64,000 nt of DNA, from the NCBI GenBank assembly GCA_951406725.2, contig OX597818.1, forward strand, positions 81,530,001 to 81,594,000, written 5' to 3'. Below, piece after piece: positions 1-13,182 of this stretch. This DNA is from Octopus vulgaris (Eukaryota). The notes beneath the pieces were generated by a model. The model had not been told where the DNA came from. It saw only the letters and a program-made list of their open reading frames with translations, and did no database searches. The position numbers and the translations under genes are program-made. Numbering within the stretch: position 1 is the stretch's first letter; the number at the start of each line of letters is the position of its first letter.

Positions 1-106
1 TGAAATTTCTGTACCTCTCTTCATCTACATGCAAGCACTCCACCCAGATTACCACTAGATATACTGACTCGACTTTCACGGATTTCACTGGACATTATAT
101 ATATAT

Positions 107-357
107 CGTTGCTATAATGCAAAAGTTTCGTAAGCCCAAAACGTTGCTTTCTCAGAAAACCCCAAAATAGTATCACCATTCCTTAGCAAAACTTTTGTAC
201 TACAGTTTGACAATTTTTGACATCTTAGCATCTGAAAAAGCTTGAGATACGATAGTTTGACTAAAAGTACCGGCTATTGCAAATAAAAATATATATTGAA
301 AATAAAAAAAACGCATTTGGCCAAATTTTGACATACGACAGTTTAACATAATAGCAA

Positions 358-359
<2 letters not shown>
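107..359. mobile_element. MITE inserted in (TA)n
   Basis: Terminal inverted repeats CGTTGCTATAATG (107-119) and CATAATAGCAACG (347-359) match 12/13; (TA)n on both sides; no ORF. Confidence 0.6.
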
Positions 360-435
<76 letters not shown>

Positions 436-748
436 ACATACATACACATATATACATACGTATATATATATATACATATATATATATACATACATACATA
501 CATACATACATATACATGAGTATTTGTGTCTGTTTTATTCCTCACTACCACTTGAGAACATGTAATGGCGCGATTACATCATTGTAACTTAATGATTCGC
601 CAAAGAGACTAATAGAGTAAATACCCGAATTATATATAAGTACTGGCGTTGATTTTCCTGGGCGGCACCCTTGCTTGTCTGCGGTTCAATGACTGAACAA
701 TAGAAAATAAAAGAGATAGAAGATATACAGATGCATATATATATATAT

Positions 749-816
<68 letters not shown>

Positions 817-1165
817 ATATCTTGCTGTCTGTCTTTTTATAAACAATTACTCATGAACGTATCCAACGAATTATACAGCATAGTAGCCCATTACTATAAC
901 AGCGTATTAGCATGTTTAATATTGGTATACATGATATAATAATTAGACTCATGCCCGAGACTCTTTCAAACTAGCAAAAAATTCCATCTGACATCACACC
1001 TTGCCGACATGTATGGCAACGTAGTTCTGTTTATTCACGGAAAGAGCGAACTTGAGACTAAACAATAAGTACGATAGCAGGAAATCTTTCACTCTGTCCG
1101 TCCGTCTGCCTGTTTGTCTGCCTGTCTCTCTGCCTGTGCGCCTGTCTGTCTTCTCTGTCTGCCTG

Positions 1166-1224
<59 letters not shown>

Positions 1225-1392
1225 GCACATACAAATACACATGCACGCTTATATACTTGAAAATATTTACTGACATAAAGACAGACACTAATCTTAATCA
1301 TTAAAAGCTGCTAATCTGTAGCAGGCGTGCGCGTGTGCTTGTGTATGTATGTGTGTGTGTATGTATATATGTATATACATACATACATGCAT

Positions 1393-1435
<43 letters not shown>

Positions 1436-2181
1436 TGCATGCATATATATATATACATATTATTTATTTTCTTATATGATTGAACTCTACACATCCTCTT
1501 CCAAGTAAGTTTTATCTTAATAATTCTGATGCGCACTGTACTATCTTTTTTCACTTTCGCGTTTCTCTCTTTCTCTCTCTTATTGTATTTCATCCTCTTC
1601 TGTTATTCTATCCTATTACTCTTTCGTTTTTTCTATCTTCCTTTCTCCCCTTCTCCCCCTCTTGTTTTTCTCACTTATCCTATCTTCAATTTTTTCTTCC
1701 CCCTTCGTGGCTCCCACGTGATCATCGGCCATCTTGTAGCTTGTGTTTCTTTCTTTCTCTTCGTTGTAGCTTGATCAAGGAAGACGTGTTCTTATCTGTC
1801 TCCTGTCCAAGCTTGATTTACCCGTTCAACATCACAACCACATATGGGCTTAGCAGCCCTTCCAGTTTGTTTTCAGTGTCCTGTTTGTATCAACAATTTT
1901 GACCCTCCGCAAAATCCCAAATTTCATTTTATTTGCTTTGCAGGAGCAACTGTTTTACCGAAAGCGTATCTTGTTGTTAAATGTACAAAATACGAGAGTA
2001 GAAATACAGCCAACAACTGAAGAATCATTTTTCGTTTTTTTTTTGTTTTGTTTTCCATTCGTGTCTTTCGTTGTTCGAAAATATAGTTCATATTCCATGT
2101 ACTCGTACTTCGTATTTTTTTGTTGAACACGTTTCTCGACATCCTGTACCCACTGATGCATATATATGTATATATATATAT

Positions 2182-2581
2182 AGGTGCAGGTGTGGCTGTG
2201 TGGTAAGTAGCTTTTTTACCAACCACATGGTTCCGGGTTCAGTTCCACTGCGTGGAACCTTGGGCAAGTGTCTTCTACTATAGCCTCGGGCCGACCAAAG
2301 CCTTGTGAGTGGATTTGGTAGACGGAAACTGAAAGAAGCTCGTCGTATATATGTATATATATATATATGCGTGTGTGTGTTTGTGTGTCTGTGTTTGTCC
2401 CCCTAGCATTGCTTGACAACCGATGCTGGTGTGTTTTTGTCCCCGTTACTTAGCGATTCGGCAAAAGCGACCGATAGAATAAGTACTGGGCTTACAAAAG
2501 AATATGTCCCGGGTCGAGTTGCTCGATTAAAGGCGGTGCTCCAGCATGGCTGCAGTCAAATGACTGAAACAAGTAAAAGAG
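2182..2581 (+). mobile_element. tRNA-derived SINE family A, full length
   Basis: Head with A-box-like TGGCTGTGTGGTAAG and B-box-like GGTTCAGTTCC, then CCTTGGGCAAGTGTCTT, an internal (TA)/(GT) tract and tail ...CAGTCAAATGACTGAAACAAGTAAAAGA; near-identical to 53710-54100 and 61553-61996. Confidence 0.9.
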
Positions 2582-2701
2582 CAAATATATATATATATTT
2601 GTGGAGAAATATAAGGAAGGAAGGATTTTCCCACAAGGGGAGAGAGCCGCACATGCCTCATAATTTTATTCCCCTTTTGCTTTATTATTATTTTGCGAAG
2701 T

Positions 2702-2906
2702 AAGGCGACGAGTCGATAGAATCGTTAGCACGCCGGACGAAATGCTTAGCGGCATTTCGTTCGTCTTTACGTACTGAGTTCAAATCCCGCCGATGTCGAC
2801 TTTGCCTATCATCCTTCCAGGGTCGATGAAATAAGTACCAGTGAAACACTAGGGTCGAAGTAATCGATTTCAGGCCTTCTGCCTATAGTAGAAAAGATTA
2901 TTATTT
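2702..2906 (+). mobile_element. tRNA-derived SINE family B, (ATT)n-tailed subtype B2
   Basis: Head AAGGCGACGAG...GAGTTCAAATCC; core CTATCATCCTTCCAGGGTCGATGAAATAAGTACCAG (recalled as Nin/Deu-domain-like); tail CCTATAGTAGAAAAGATTATTATT. Confidence 0.85.
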
Positions 2907-2996
2907 TGCGTGGACATTTTCTTATGATTGAGAGAACATATGAAATAATATTTCCATATAATTTTTGGTATCCTTGTTGCTGCAGATATGCATACC

Positions 2997-3027
<31 letters not shown>

Positions 3028-3028
3028 G

Positions 3029-3060
<32 letters not shown>

Positions 3061-3316
3061 CCCATGCATAAAAGCGGTGTTAGTGAATATAAATCGATCA
3101 TTGAAATATAATGGTCCATACATTTAAGTTAGAAAGACAATGGCGTACCTTTTTACCCCGTACAGAGTATACACATCATTGCATTAAATGATTTAAAATA
3201 TACACACAGATCGATACAAATACAACACAGAAAATACCACAGACATAGATGATAGTCTAGATCCTGAGTGCCATGAAAAGAAATTTTGGAAGAAGTACAA
3301 CCTTATACATACAGGG

Positions 3317-3378
<62 letters not shown>

Positions 3379-3396
3379 TCTTCTATACTTTTATTA

Positions 3397-3713
3397 TTTT
3401 ACTTGTTTTAGTTATCTGACTGGGGCCTTTAGTCGAACAAATCGACCCAGGAATTGTTCTTTGGAAGCCTAGTACCTATTCTGCCTTTTGCCGAACAGCT
3501 AAGTTACGGGGTCGTAAACACATCCACACCGGGTGTCACGTGATGGTGGGACACACACGCACACATACACATATACAACGGGCTTCCAAATAAACTCCCG
3601 AGGCTTTCGTCGTCCTGAGGCTATAGTAGAGGCTCGTAGACAAGATGCAACGCATTGGGACCAATCATAGAGCCATGTGGTTGGGAAGGAGGCTTCTTAC
3701 CACACAGCCACCA
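3397..3713 (-). mobile_element. SINE family A, diverged
   Basis: Reverse-complement similarity to 2182-2581 across head, body and tail. Confidence 0.8.
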
Positions 3714-3776
3714 CTAAATATATATAGACATATATGCATATAGATGCATATAGATATGCACACATGCCTATGTATA

Positions 3777-3818
<42 letters not shown>

Positions 3819-3864
3819 TATATATACATGTATATTTAGGTGTATATATATATATATTTATATA

Positions 3865-4667
3865 AATATACGCCACATCATGGGATCAACTCTCCTCCCC
3901 TTTCCTGTCTCCCTCTCACACCTCCTTCTTCCCACCCACCTCCATCTCTTACTCCGACTCCCACTCTCCTCTCTTCTCTTCACTCCTACCCACCTTCACC
4001 CTTTCCCCTCTCCCTTCATCGTCACCCCACTCTCGTAGCCCCACCCCCACATAATCCAACCCCACCTATACATTCCTTACACCGACTCCTACATACCCCA
4101 CCTCTTCCGCCACCGTCATCTTACCCACATAACCCACCTCTACCCCCACTCTCAGCCTAACCCACACCCCACCTCTGCTTTCCCCACTCTCACCTCTCCC
4201 ATATACCAACAACATCACACCCACCACTACACCATACAAAGCCATACCACACAACACCACATCACATCACGCCACCACGCACAAACTACCACTGACCACT
4301 TCCCAGGCCACATCCACACACCTACACGTACACACGCACACATCAAGATCAGCCCTCTTCCACACGAACATACATGCTGTCTTATAAACACGCACCTTCG
4401 TTTTGGCATCACCACTATTTTTTATCTCCCTTCTCCTGAGCTCTCCTGTGTAACCCCTCTGTCCGGCATTCGCCATGATAGATCGCTATCCACTACACAT
4501 TCTTTATTTTCTCTCCTTGTTTCTTTCTGTGTTCCTTCTGTGGAAGAGCGTAGGCTCGCAACGTTAAAACTTTTTCACTTCCCGAGCGTTAAACTAATAC
4601 ATTTGTATGTTGTCAACACCACCTGTCTTCGTCTTTTGTTTTTTGTTTTTTTGTAAATTCTCCCTAT

Positions 4668-4709
<42 letters not shown>

Positions 4710-4894
4710 GCCATGAGAGATCGCTAGCCACTACATATTCTTTATTTTCTTTCCTTGTTTCTTTCTGTGTTCCTTCTGTGGAAGAGCGTAGGCTTGAAAC
4801 GTTAAAACTTTTTCACTTCCCGAGCGTTAAACTAATACAAAAGTTTGTTGTCTACACCATCTGCCTTCGTCTTTTGTATTTTTGTGAATTCTCC

Positions 4895-4900
<6 letters not shown>
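3865..4900 (+). mobile_element. Penelope-like element 3' end with two tandem ~195-bp pLTR-like units (family C)
   Basis: TPHHGIN peptide resembling the PLE terminal TLxPxGLN motif, a long C-rich UTR, then direct repeats 4470-4668 and 4709-4898, each with a CTGTGGAAGAGCGTAGGCTC/TG(A/C)AACGTT hammerhead-like motif. Confidence 0.6.
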
Positions 4901-4931
<31 letters not shown>

Positions 4932-5390
4932 TATATATAGGCATGTGTGCATCAGTATGTACATCTGTATGTGAATAAAATTAAACGCCTGTACTTATTA
5001 GGTAAATGTGTTTTTATATATATGTATGTGTGTATGCATACATATATTTATGTATAAACACTTGTGTGCGCATACATAACCTGTGTATGTAGATACATAT
5101 CTGTGTAAGAAGTAACGTATAAATGTGGCCTATAAATATGTAGCTATACGTATATTTCTTTAACTTTACGTATATTTATTATGTATGTATGCATATCTAT
5201 CTATAAGTATATATATATATGTTTTCTTTCTCTCTGTCCCTATATACATATGTATGTATATATGTCTGTATGTGTGCTTGTGTCTGTGTGTATGTATACT
5301 CATATGCAGATACGTCATTGCTTATCCAGAAACCTACTGGCATCGTATTTTGTGTGTGTGTGCGTGTCTGTTTCTAGTGGTGCGCGCACG

Positions 5391-5430
<40 letters not shown>

Positions 5431-5566
5431 GTTTCTGAAAATGTGTACGCACCATATTATCGATGACCTATTTCGAGGAAGTTGTGCATATATTTATGTG
5501 CTATGACGATCAAACTAGTCTTCTGTCAATGTTACTTCATGTCATCTATTTAAGCGTGAATCGTAC

Positions 5567-5950
<384 letters not shown>

Positions 5951-5988
5951 TAGTCGACTTTTCATTTATCTAAGGCTTAATAAGAGTG

Positions 5989-6033
<45 letters not shown>

Positions 6034-6350
6034 AGAATTAACCTTATGGACGTTGTGTAAATGTATTTGAGGCACACAGTTTAGCCATCTGGCCACAGTT
6101 GTAAATACATAACTGTCACCACCACTACATGAACCTGAAGATTGCATAGTTTAATGCATGAAAGTACTAGTTCAATCAGATTGGACAGTCTATCATTTCA
6201 TTATATCATCTTATCCTATGTTATATTATTATAAGATTGTAAATAAAATGTGTAAATCAAAGTTGCAATCTCCCTGAGTAATATATTCTTCTATACACAT
6301 TCCTACATACCCGTGAATACATATATGTATATACATATATATATACATAT

Positions 6351-6437
<87 letters not shown>

Positions 6438-7051
6438 TATATATAAAAAAGTGAATAAGACGCAATAGAGGACAATAAAATATACGGACAGATAGACGAT
6501 AAAAAGGCTGACAGGAAAAACAGGTATTAGAGGGACAGGGAAACAAAGGACGGGGCATGCGTGGCCTTCTTTCGTCAGTCAAGTTACTAGATGTCCTTAC
6601 AATTTCGGGCAGTTATACTTGAGACTGTTCAATCTTTTTGCTCCCCCAAAAGTATAAACTAAGAGCATTAGACTCTTTGTATGAAAGCAAGCGAATATGT
6701 ACGACAACAAAGGCAAATAAAGGAGAACATGTTAGACAATTTCAAATACAAACAACAAAAATATAACAACAGCTGTCTTTCGACTGAGATCGAATCAAAT
6801 TCAGCTGGCGTGTATAAAGTGAAAGCCTTATGGCAGGAACATAGGTGATGGACATAAGAGATGCTGGCGGCCGGTAGTCAGGCCAAGAACACCAGGAAGA
6901 CAGAGGGTAGGGGGAAGCGGGATTGAAGCTTTATGGGAAGAATTGAAAAGAGAGAAAAGTATCAGAGACAAAGGGAAAGGTACAGGGGAGATAAGCGACG
7001 AGGAAAAGAGAGGGCCAATAAATGTAAGAAAAAGACAAAAGGAAGATTATG

Positions 7052-7317
7052 TACAATTAACTGGTTATACTTCTGCAATAGGCACAATATTTTAATAAAT
7101 TTTTGTTTTTATAACAAGTGAAGTAGGTTGTCAGAAAATCTCAATAACAGAAGCAATGTTTATCGCCACATCAGTATGGCTGTTCGACGATACAACTGTT
7201 TTAACCCCAAGCAGATCCCCCGCCAGGTGGTTACCAGTGCAACCTGTACCCGGTATATGTTGCATGCAGGGCGGCGAACCCCTACTATTCTCTAGCAAAC
7301 GAAGGAATCAGAAGACC
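7052..7317. mobile_element. partial copy of the composite hAT-MITE/PLE repeat at 17066-18497, without the RTE insert
   Basis: 7052-7110 matches 17138-17190 and continues directly into sequence matching 17955-18158. Confidence 0.8.
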
Positions 7318-7398
7318 AAAGGTGAGAAAAACAAAAAAAGAAAATTAACAGTGTAAAAGAATCGTCTGTATATTTATATATGTGTGTGTTTATATATA

Positions 7399-7442
<44 letters not shown>

Positions 7443-8081
7443 AATACATATACAATATATATATATGCTATTTTATATCTACTTGTCCGCCTGCCTGTCA
7501 CGCTATCTATTTTCTCTCCGTCTACATGCCTGTCTGGCGGTCTGTCTGTCCTCATTACTGAAAGCTGAATCTGCCGTGGTTGTTAACTTCAGTTCCTCCT
7601 TGCCTATCTTCGGACAGCTATGAAATATCTAACAGAATTTTGTTACATAAATGATATACAAAAATATCGTATATAAATAAAATATAGATAAAAAGATATA
7701 AATAAAAGCAAATGGCAGTTTTATCGTCACAGCTCTACTTTATAGTTTTGCGATAATATAGGAGACTAGAAGTCATACATCATTGAGATAGATGGCAAAA
7801 ATAAGAGATGTATTTAGTACCCATGAAATGTACGGCCCCAAAGTAGTTGTTAACTGTCTGTATATAGGAGAAAAAGGTCTTTGGCAAATATATGTTCAAT
7901 CTTAAACTGAACTATGTCGAAATGTGTTTTATCTCTTATATCATCGACAAACACTGTTAATTATCGGAGAAGATTACCAAACTAAAATAATATTCACCAA
8001 ACTTTACAATCTTACATAGGAAGTTATAAAATTTCAACATTATTGGCGCAGGCGTGGCTGTGTGGTAAGAAACTTGCTTCC

Positions 8082-10495
8082 ACTGCGCATGTGCGAATAA
8101 TTGTAGTATTCGACATCAAAGAGATGAGACATGCTTTTGAAGCCGTCTCGAATTGAAAAACTTTGAAGCTCCATTGTAAGGTAAGATTCTGTTTTTTGGG
8201 TCCAGTGAGAATTTTTGTTGAGAATTGTTTTTGTACAGGCAGGAATTCCTACTGGATTCAGAATTCTGGTTCTGCCGACATGGGGCATATAATTTTTCTG
8301 GCTGAATTGTGAAAATTTTTGTTTGGGGGCGTATTCGTCTTCGGTTTATGTTGAATGAATATCTTTCTCACTTAATTATGAGAATACTGCTTGTATTGTG
8401 CCTTTTGAAGAACTTTAATAATTGTGAGAACTGCTGTATGGGGGAGTGTTTTGCCTCCGAAGATTGAACGATTTGTATATCAATTTTTGTGGAAGTTGTG
8501 TTCCGGTTGTGGCGTTCCGGGTTCAACATAGGCCGGGAATGGCCGGAAGTATTTTTTTGGGGGTTTTTTTGCTGTGTTCCTGAATTATTGACTTTCTTCT
8601 AAACTTTATTTGACTTTCTCCTTTTTGTTTATTTGACTTTCTTTTGATTTCTTTTTTCTTCTCACTTTTTAAGTTTTATTTTGAATATATTAAAAAAAAA
8701 AAAAGAGAAACATGGCAATGAAAAATGACAAAATTTTGGAATGGGAGATTATACCGCCTAAAAAGTGGTTAAAAGACCGTGAAGATAGGACGGTGGTGTT
8801 GAGAACCTACTCCAAGGCACTCAACACCATCGCCCTATTCAAAAAGACGGCAATTGAAAAGGAGTTGGCAGAGTATTTGCCAACAATTAAATTCATTTCC
8901 AGAGGTGTCAGATATGCAACGGTGTGTTTGCACAAACCCCTGAAGAGGCTCGCAAATTTGCTAGTCAAACCCTAAAGGGTAAGGAAATTTTATTTCATCC
9001 CACGTATCATGGGAAGAGGTTGACGAAAGCTTGGATCTGCGGGCTGCCACCCGGGATAAAACCCGAGTGGATAGAGGAGACTATCCGCAGGGGTCTGGGT
9101 GGCATTGGGACCGGGACCAAGCTTCTTAATGTGAAAGTTCTTCCTGCAACTGTTTGGGTTGGGTCAAAAGCCAATCTGGTTTTTCCAGATTTTTTGAAAA
9201 TGGCCGGGTGCAGGTACCCGGTGATACCTGAGGGTCGCCCCCATCCCCCAGGTGTCATCGGTGCCTGGAGTCCGGCTATATAAAGAAAATCTGTCCCCGG
9301 GAACAAAATAAGATCCTGGAGCAGTTAAGTGAGACCCCTGTAGAAGAGGGAATGAAGACGGCCGAGGAAGTGGGGGACTCCTCAAACAGAGGCCGAAAGA
9401 GGAAGAAGGTGAGCAACAATGGGTGCTCACCAAGGGATCCTGGAGATGAGGAGGGAAAGGCGAATCTTCCGGCCACGGAGGAGACGCACCCTCCCTCAGT
9501 TGAAAAGAAAAAAAAAGAGGAAGAGAAACGGGACATTGCCGGCAGTCGGTGACATAGTACCGGAATGTCCCGGAACTACGTCGGTTGGGGTTGTGCCACC
9601 GACAGGAGAAGAAGCACCGTTGGCGGGAACTGTGCCACCAAGGAAAGAATTGAATATCCCGCCCCCGAGGAAAGACGATATATTGATATTCTTCCATAGA
9701 GGCGAAGAGATTGAAAAGGTAATAGAAAAGCACCATAAGGGAGCACCTTCAGCCTTCACACAGGATCCCGAATGGCCTCCGCAGATAGCTGTGGAGGCCA
9801 AGACGTTCGACGTGACGTTTGAGCTGAAGGAGCTCAATGAGGAATATCGCTTGTTCCCGGGCAACGCTAACACGGAACTCGATGTGGTTTTAGTAGAGGC
9901 GTGGAGGATGGCAGAGGATGCGGGCACAAGTTATTTAGAGGACGAGTCATAAATTGTGGCACTGTGTGACACAAACATTTGATAATAGGCACTTCGCTTT
10001 CTTTCTGAACTCCCCGGCTGTCAACGTGGTCTGCTCTGCAAGCGGCTAGATATTTGACTGAAGGTCCGGAAAGAGGAGGAAGGGAGAAGTGATAATGTAT
10101 TTTTTACGTTTGATAGGACATGTTTAGATACGACTTGAGGGGCTCCGACCTAGAGCTGGCGCATTCCTAAGGGAAGTGTAAGCCAGGTCTGGGAGGAGGG
10201 GCTTTGTGTATTGTATTTATATTATATGTAATTATTGAACTATGTTGTTGTTTGTAATGGACTGTTAAGTCCAAAGATTGAAAAGTTGTAAAAGTTGTAA
10301 GAGGTTTAATACCTCGTTTTGTGTTTGGTTTTAAAGAACAATGTTTTAGAGAAGCAGAAGTCGGCGGGCGCTTTTTGTCTTCTCCCATCCTTATCATCTT
10401 TCTTTCATTATCATTCATTTCATTAATGTCCTCGTCCAGCCCGCAAAGCTACTTTACTCTATGTACTGCCTTCATGGCAAATGTAATGAAATAAA
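8082..10495 (+). mobile_element. ORF1-only Tx1/L1-like non-LTR element (HAL1-like architecture)
   Basis: About 630-nt T-rich 5' UTR, a single ORF1, about 540-nt 3' UTR ending ...TGCCTTCATGGCAAATGTAATGAAATAAAG; flanked by AAGAAACTTGC (8067-8077) and AAGAAGCTTGC (10494-10504) within a SINE A head; no ORF2. Confidence 0.7.
8712..9952 (+). pseudogene. Tx1/L1-type ORF1 (gag-like nucleic-acid-binding protein), about 410 aa across 3 frameshifts
   Basis: ORF pieces 8712-8975, 8924-9283, 9253-9552 and 9419-9952 join into one protein; ICGLPP (RRM-like), then EGRP..RCHRCLESGYIKKICP (9253-9294: CX2CX4[H>Y]X4C knuckle), then a basic/acidic low-complexity linker. Confidence 0.75.
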
Positions 10496-10536
10496 GAAGC
10501 TTGCGTGTGGTAAGAATCATGGCTGTGTGGTAAGAA

Positions 10537-10765
10537 AGGTGGCGAGCTGGCAGAATCGTTCGCACTCCGGGCGACATTCTTAGCGGTATTTCGTCTGCAG
10601 TTACGTTCTGAGTTCAAATTCCGCCGATATCGACGTTGCCCTTCATCTTTTCTGGAGTCGATAAATTAAGTACCAGTTACGAACTGGGGTCGATGTAATC
10701 TATTTATCCCTTTGCCTGTCCTTGTTTGTCCCGTCTATGCTTAGCTCCTTGTGGGCAATAAAGAA
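10537..10765 (+). mobile_element. SINE family B, subtype B1, nested in a SINE A head
   Basis: Full B head and core; tail TTGTGGGCAATAAAGAA; GTAAGAA on both sides. Confidence 0.85.
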
Positions 10766-10906
10766 GTAAGAAGCTTGCTTCCAAACCATATAGTTCAGGG
10801 TTCAGTCACACTGCTTGGCACCTTGGGCAAGTGTCTTCTACTATATCCTTGGATCGATCAAAGCCTTGTGAGTGGATTTGGTAGGTGGAAACCGAAAGAA
10901 CCCCGT

Positions 10907-10963
<57 letters not shown>

Positions 10964-11385
10964 AGAATTCAGAAAAAAACGAAAGACGAAGACAGGTGGT
11001 GTAGACAATAAACAGATGTATTAGTATAACGCTCGGGAAGTGAAAAAGTCTTTAACGTTTCGAGCCTACACTCTTCTACAGAAAGGAAAACAGAAAGAAA
11101 CAAGGAGAGAAAATAAAGAATGTGTAGTGGCTTGCGTTCTATCATGGCGTGTGTGTATGTGTATGTGTGTGTGTGTGTGTGTGTGAGTGTCCGTGTTTGT
11201 CCCCCATCACTGCTTGGCTGTCGGTGTTGATGTGTTTACTACCCTGTAACATAGCGGTTCGGCAAAAGATTCCGATAGAATAAGTATTAAGCTTTAAAAA
11301 ATAAGTCCTAGAAGGTCGATTTATTCGACTAAGACCATTTAAAACGGTGCATGGCCGCAGTCAAATGACCGAGACAATTAAAAGG
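10766..11385 (+). mobile_element. remainder of SINE A with a family C unit (10960-11148, minus) in its internal (TA)n
   Basis: Continues the A consensus from GTAAGAAGCTTGCTTCC to the tail; 10960-11148 is the reverse complement of 4470-4668. Confidence 0.85.
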
Positions 11386-11489
11386 AAGAGTCCTGATGTA
11401 AGGCAAGTCATCCGTCGTGCTAGGAACAGCAACTACGACTATATGACCAGTTTAGAGAAACGGTATTTTGAACGAAATAATATTTCTTC

Positions 11490-12110
11490 CTAATTTGGCA
11501 CAAGACCAGAAATTTCGAAGGAAGAAGGAAAGTCGAGTACATCGAACCTAATACATGAATGGTATTGTATTAAAGGCGGCGAGTTGTTAGAATCGTTAGC
11601 ACACCGGGCGAAATACGTAGCCGTATTTCGTCTGCCGTTACGTTCTGAGTTCAAATTCCGCCGAGGTCGACTTTGCCTTTCATCCTTTCGGGGTCGATAA
11701 ATTAAGTACCACTTACGGACTGGGGTCAATGTAATCGACTTAATCCGTTTGTCCCCTCTGTGTGTAGCCCCTTGTGGGTAGTAAAGAAATATGTATTTCA
11801 TTGATTCCGAAAGGGTGAAGATCGACGGTATTTGAAATTAACACGTGAAAAACCGGAACAAATGCCGCTAAGCATTTTACCCGACGTACTGATAGTTCTG
11901 CCACATCGCTGCCTTATGTTATTAATTCTTTCTGCTTGGGGGAACCCAATTACATCCAATGCTCACTTGGAACTTTATTTTATCGACCCTAATACGGTAA
12001 TGGGAAAAGTTGACCTTAGCGATACTTGAAGTCAGAACGTAAAGAGCTGGAAGAAATATCGCTACGCATCTTGTCCGACATGCTAACAATTCTGTTAGCT
12101 CACCGCCTAA
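11490..12110. mobile_element. SINE B cluster: young B1 copy 11573-11792 (+) inside older minus-strand B copies
   Basis: B head and core motifs on both strands. Confidence 0.8.
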
Positions 12111-12164
12111 AGTTGGATGATGTAATATTCAATATAGAGAGAAAACCCAGGATGGTAAAAGCTA

Positions 12165-12259
12165 TTCTTCTTCTTCTTCTTCTTCTTCTTCTTCTTCTTC
12201 TTCTTCTTCTTCTTCTTCTTCTTCTTCTTCTTCTTCTTCTTCTTCTTCTTCTTCTTCTT

Positions 12260-12290
<31 letters not shown>

Positions 12291-12340
12291 TTATTATTAT
12301 TATTATTATTATTATTAGTAATAATAATAATAATAATAAT
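12165..12340. repeat. (CTT)n-(ATT)n-(AAT)n compound microsatellite
   Basis: Directly visible. Confidence 0.95.
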
Positions 12341-12839
12341 AAGCTCTGATGCAGTATCAGGCAATGGCTCTCATGTCGTATAATCGTAGGTGATTGGAAA
12401 TGTTACAATGTACATTTTTTTGTCATGATATAAAAGATGGGCTACAGCAAATATTTTGCTCAGTACCACAGATTTGCTTGTCAGTTGTTTGACCTTAACC
12501 AGCATGCCCCTTAATGGCTGATGATATGTGCATCTCTGATCACGAGCAGAAGTAGTGGGGTAGCATCATAGCCATGTGATGAGAGGAATTATTTGGCGTT
12601 AAGATAATTCACCTCTAGAAACGGGTGTTTCGTTCTACATCCTTAAGCAACTCTGACTGGTCCCTACCTGCAAGGTCATGCTCTGTTTATGTTGATATGA
12701 GATCACCAAATCGTGCACATAAGGTTTGTGATGCATGTGCCTGGTGTACACTTATCACACGGGTACTTATGATAGGTATATTGGGCTTCGTATATTTTAC
12801 CCCAGTGTCACTTTGATAGCATGCACTGATCTCTCACTA

Positions 12840-12840
<1 letters not shown>
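12341..12840 (+). mobile_element. family D non-coding element flanked by (AAT)n
   Basis: Starts GCTCTGATGCAGTATCAGGC and ends CTCTCACTAA(TAA)n; homologous to 24846-25402 (-) with an internal deletion. Confidence 0.85.
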
Positions 12841-12873
<33 letters not shown>

Positions 12874-13182
12874 TTAAATAATAATAATAATAATAATATT
12901 AAATAATAATAATAATAATATTAAATAATAATAATAATATGCAGATTAAAAGTAAATAATAATGATACTAACAATAATAATAATATTGATAATAATAATA
13001 GATCATGATCATGATGATGATGATAAAGGAAGAAGACAACATCATATATATGGTGAGGCTGTCACGATTAAATAACACCAACATACCTTACCTCAGTTTA
13101 TGAAAGACATGAGTTTACGCAGAAACTCAAGTGATAACAACGTAAATAAGGCCGGAGTAAAAAGGAAAGCCTCTGTCTAGGC

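Noticed and set aside
3255-3320. C2H2-like peptide ..ECHEKKF....LIHTGK
   Set aside because: Ligand spacing is incomplete and there are no tandem fingers or exon support.
6435-7050. PLE-like repeat with CTGACGA and CCGAAA motifs (similar hints at 1475-2160 and 59860-60160)
   Set aside because: Hammerhead stems could not be completed and each is single-copy in the window.
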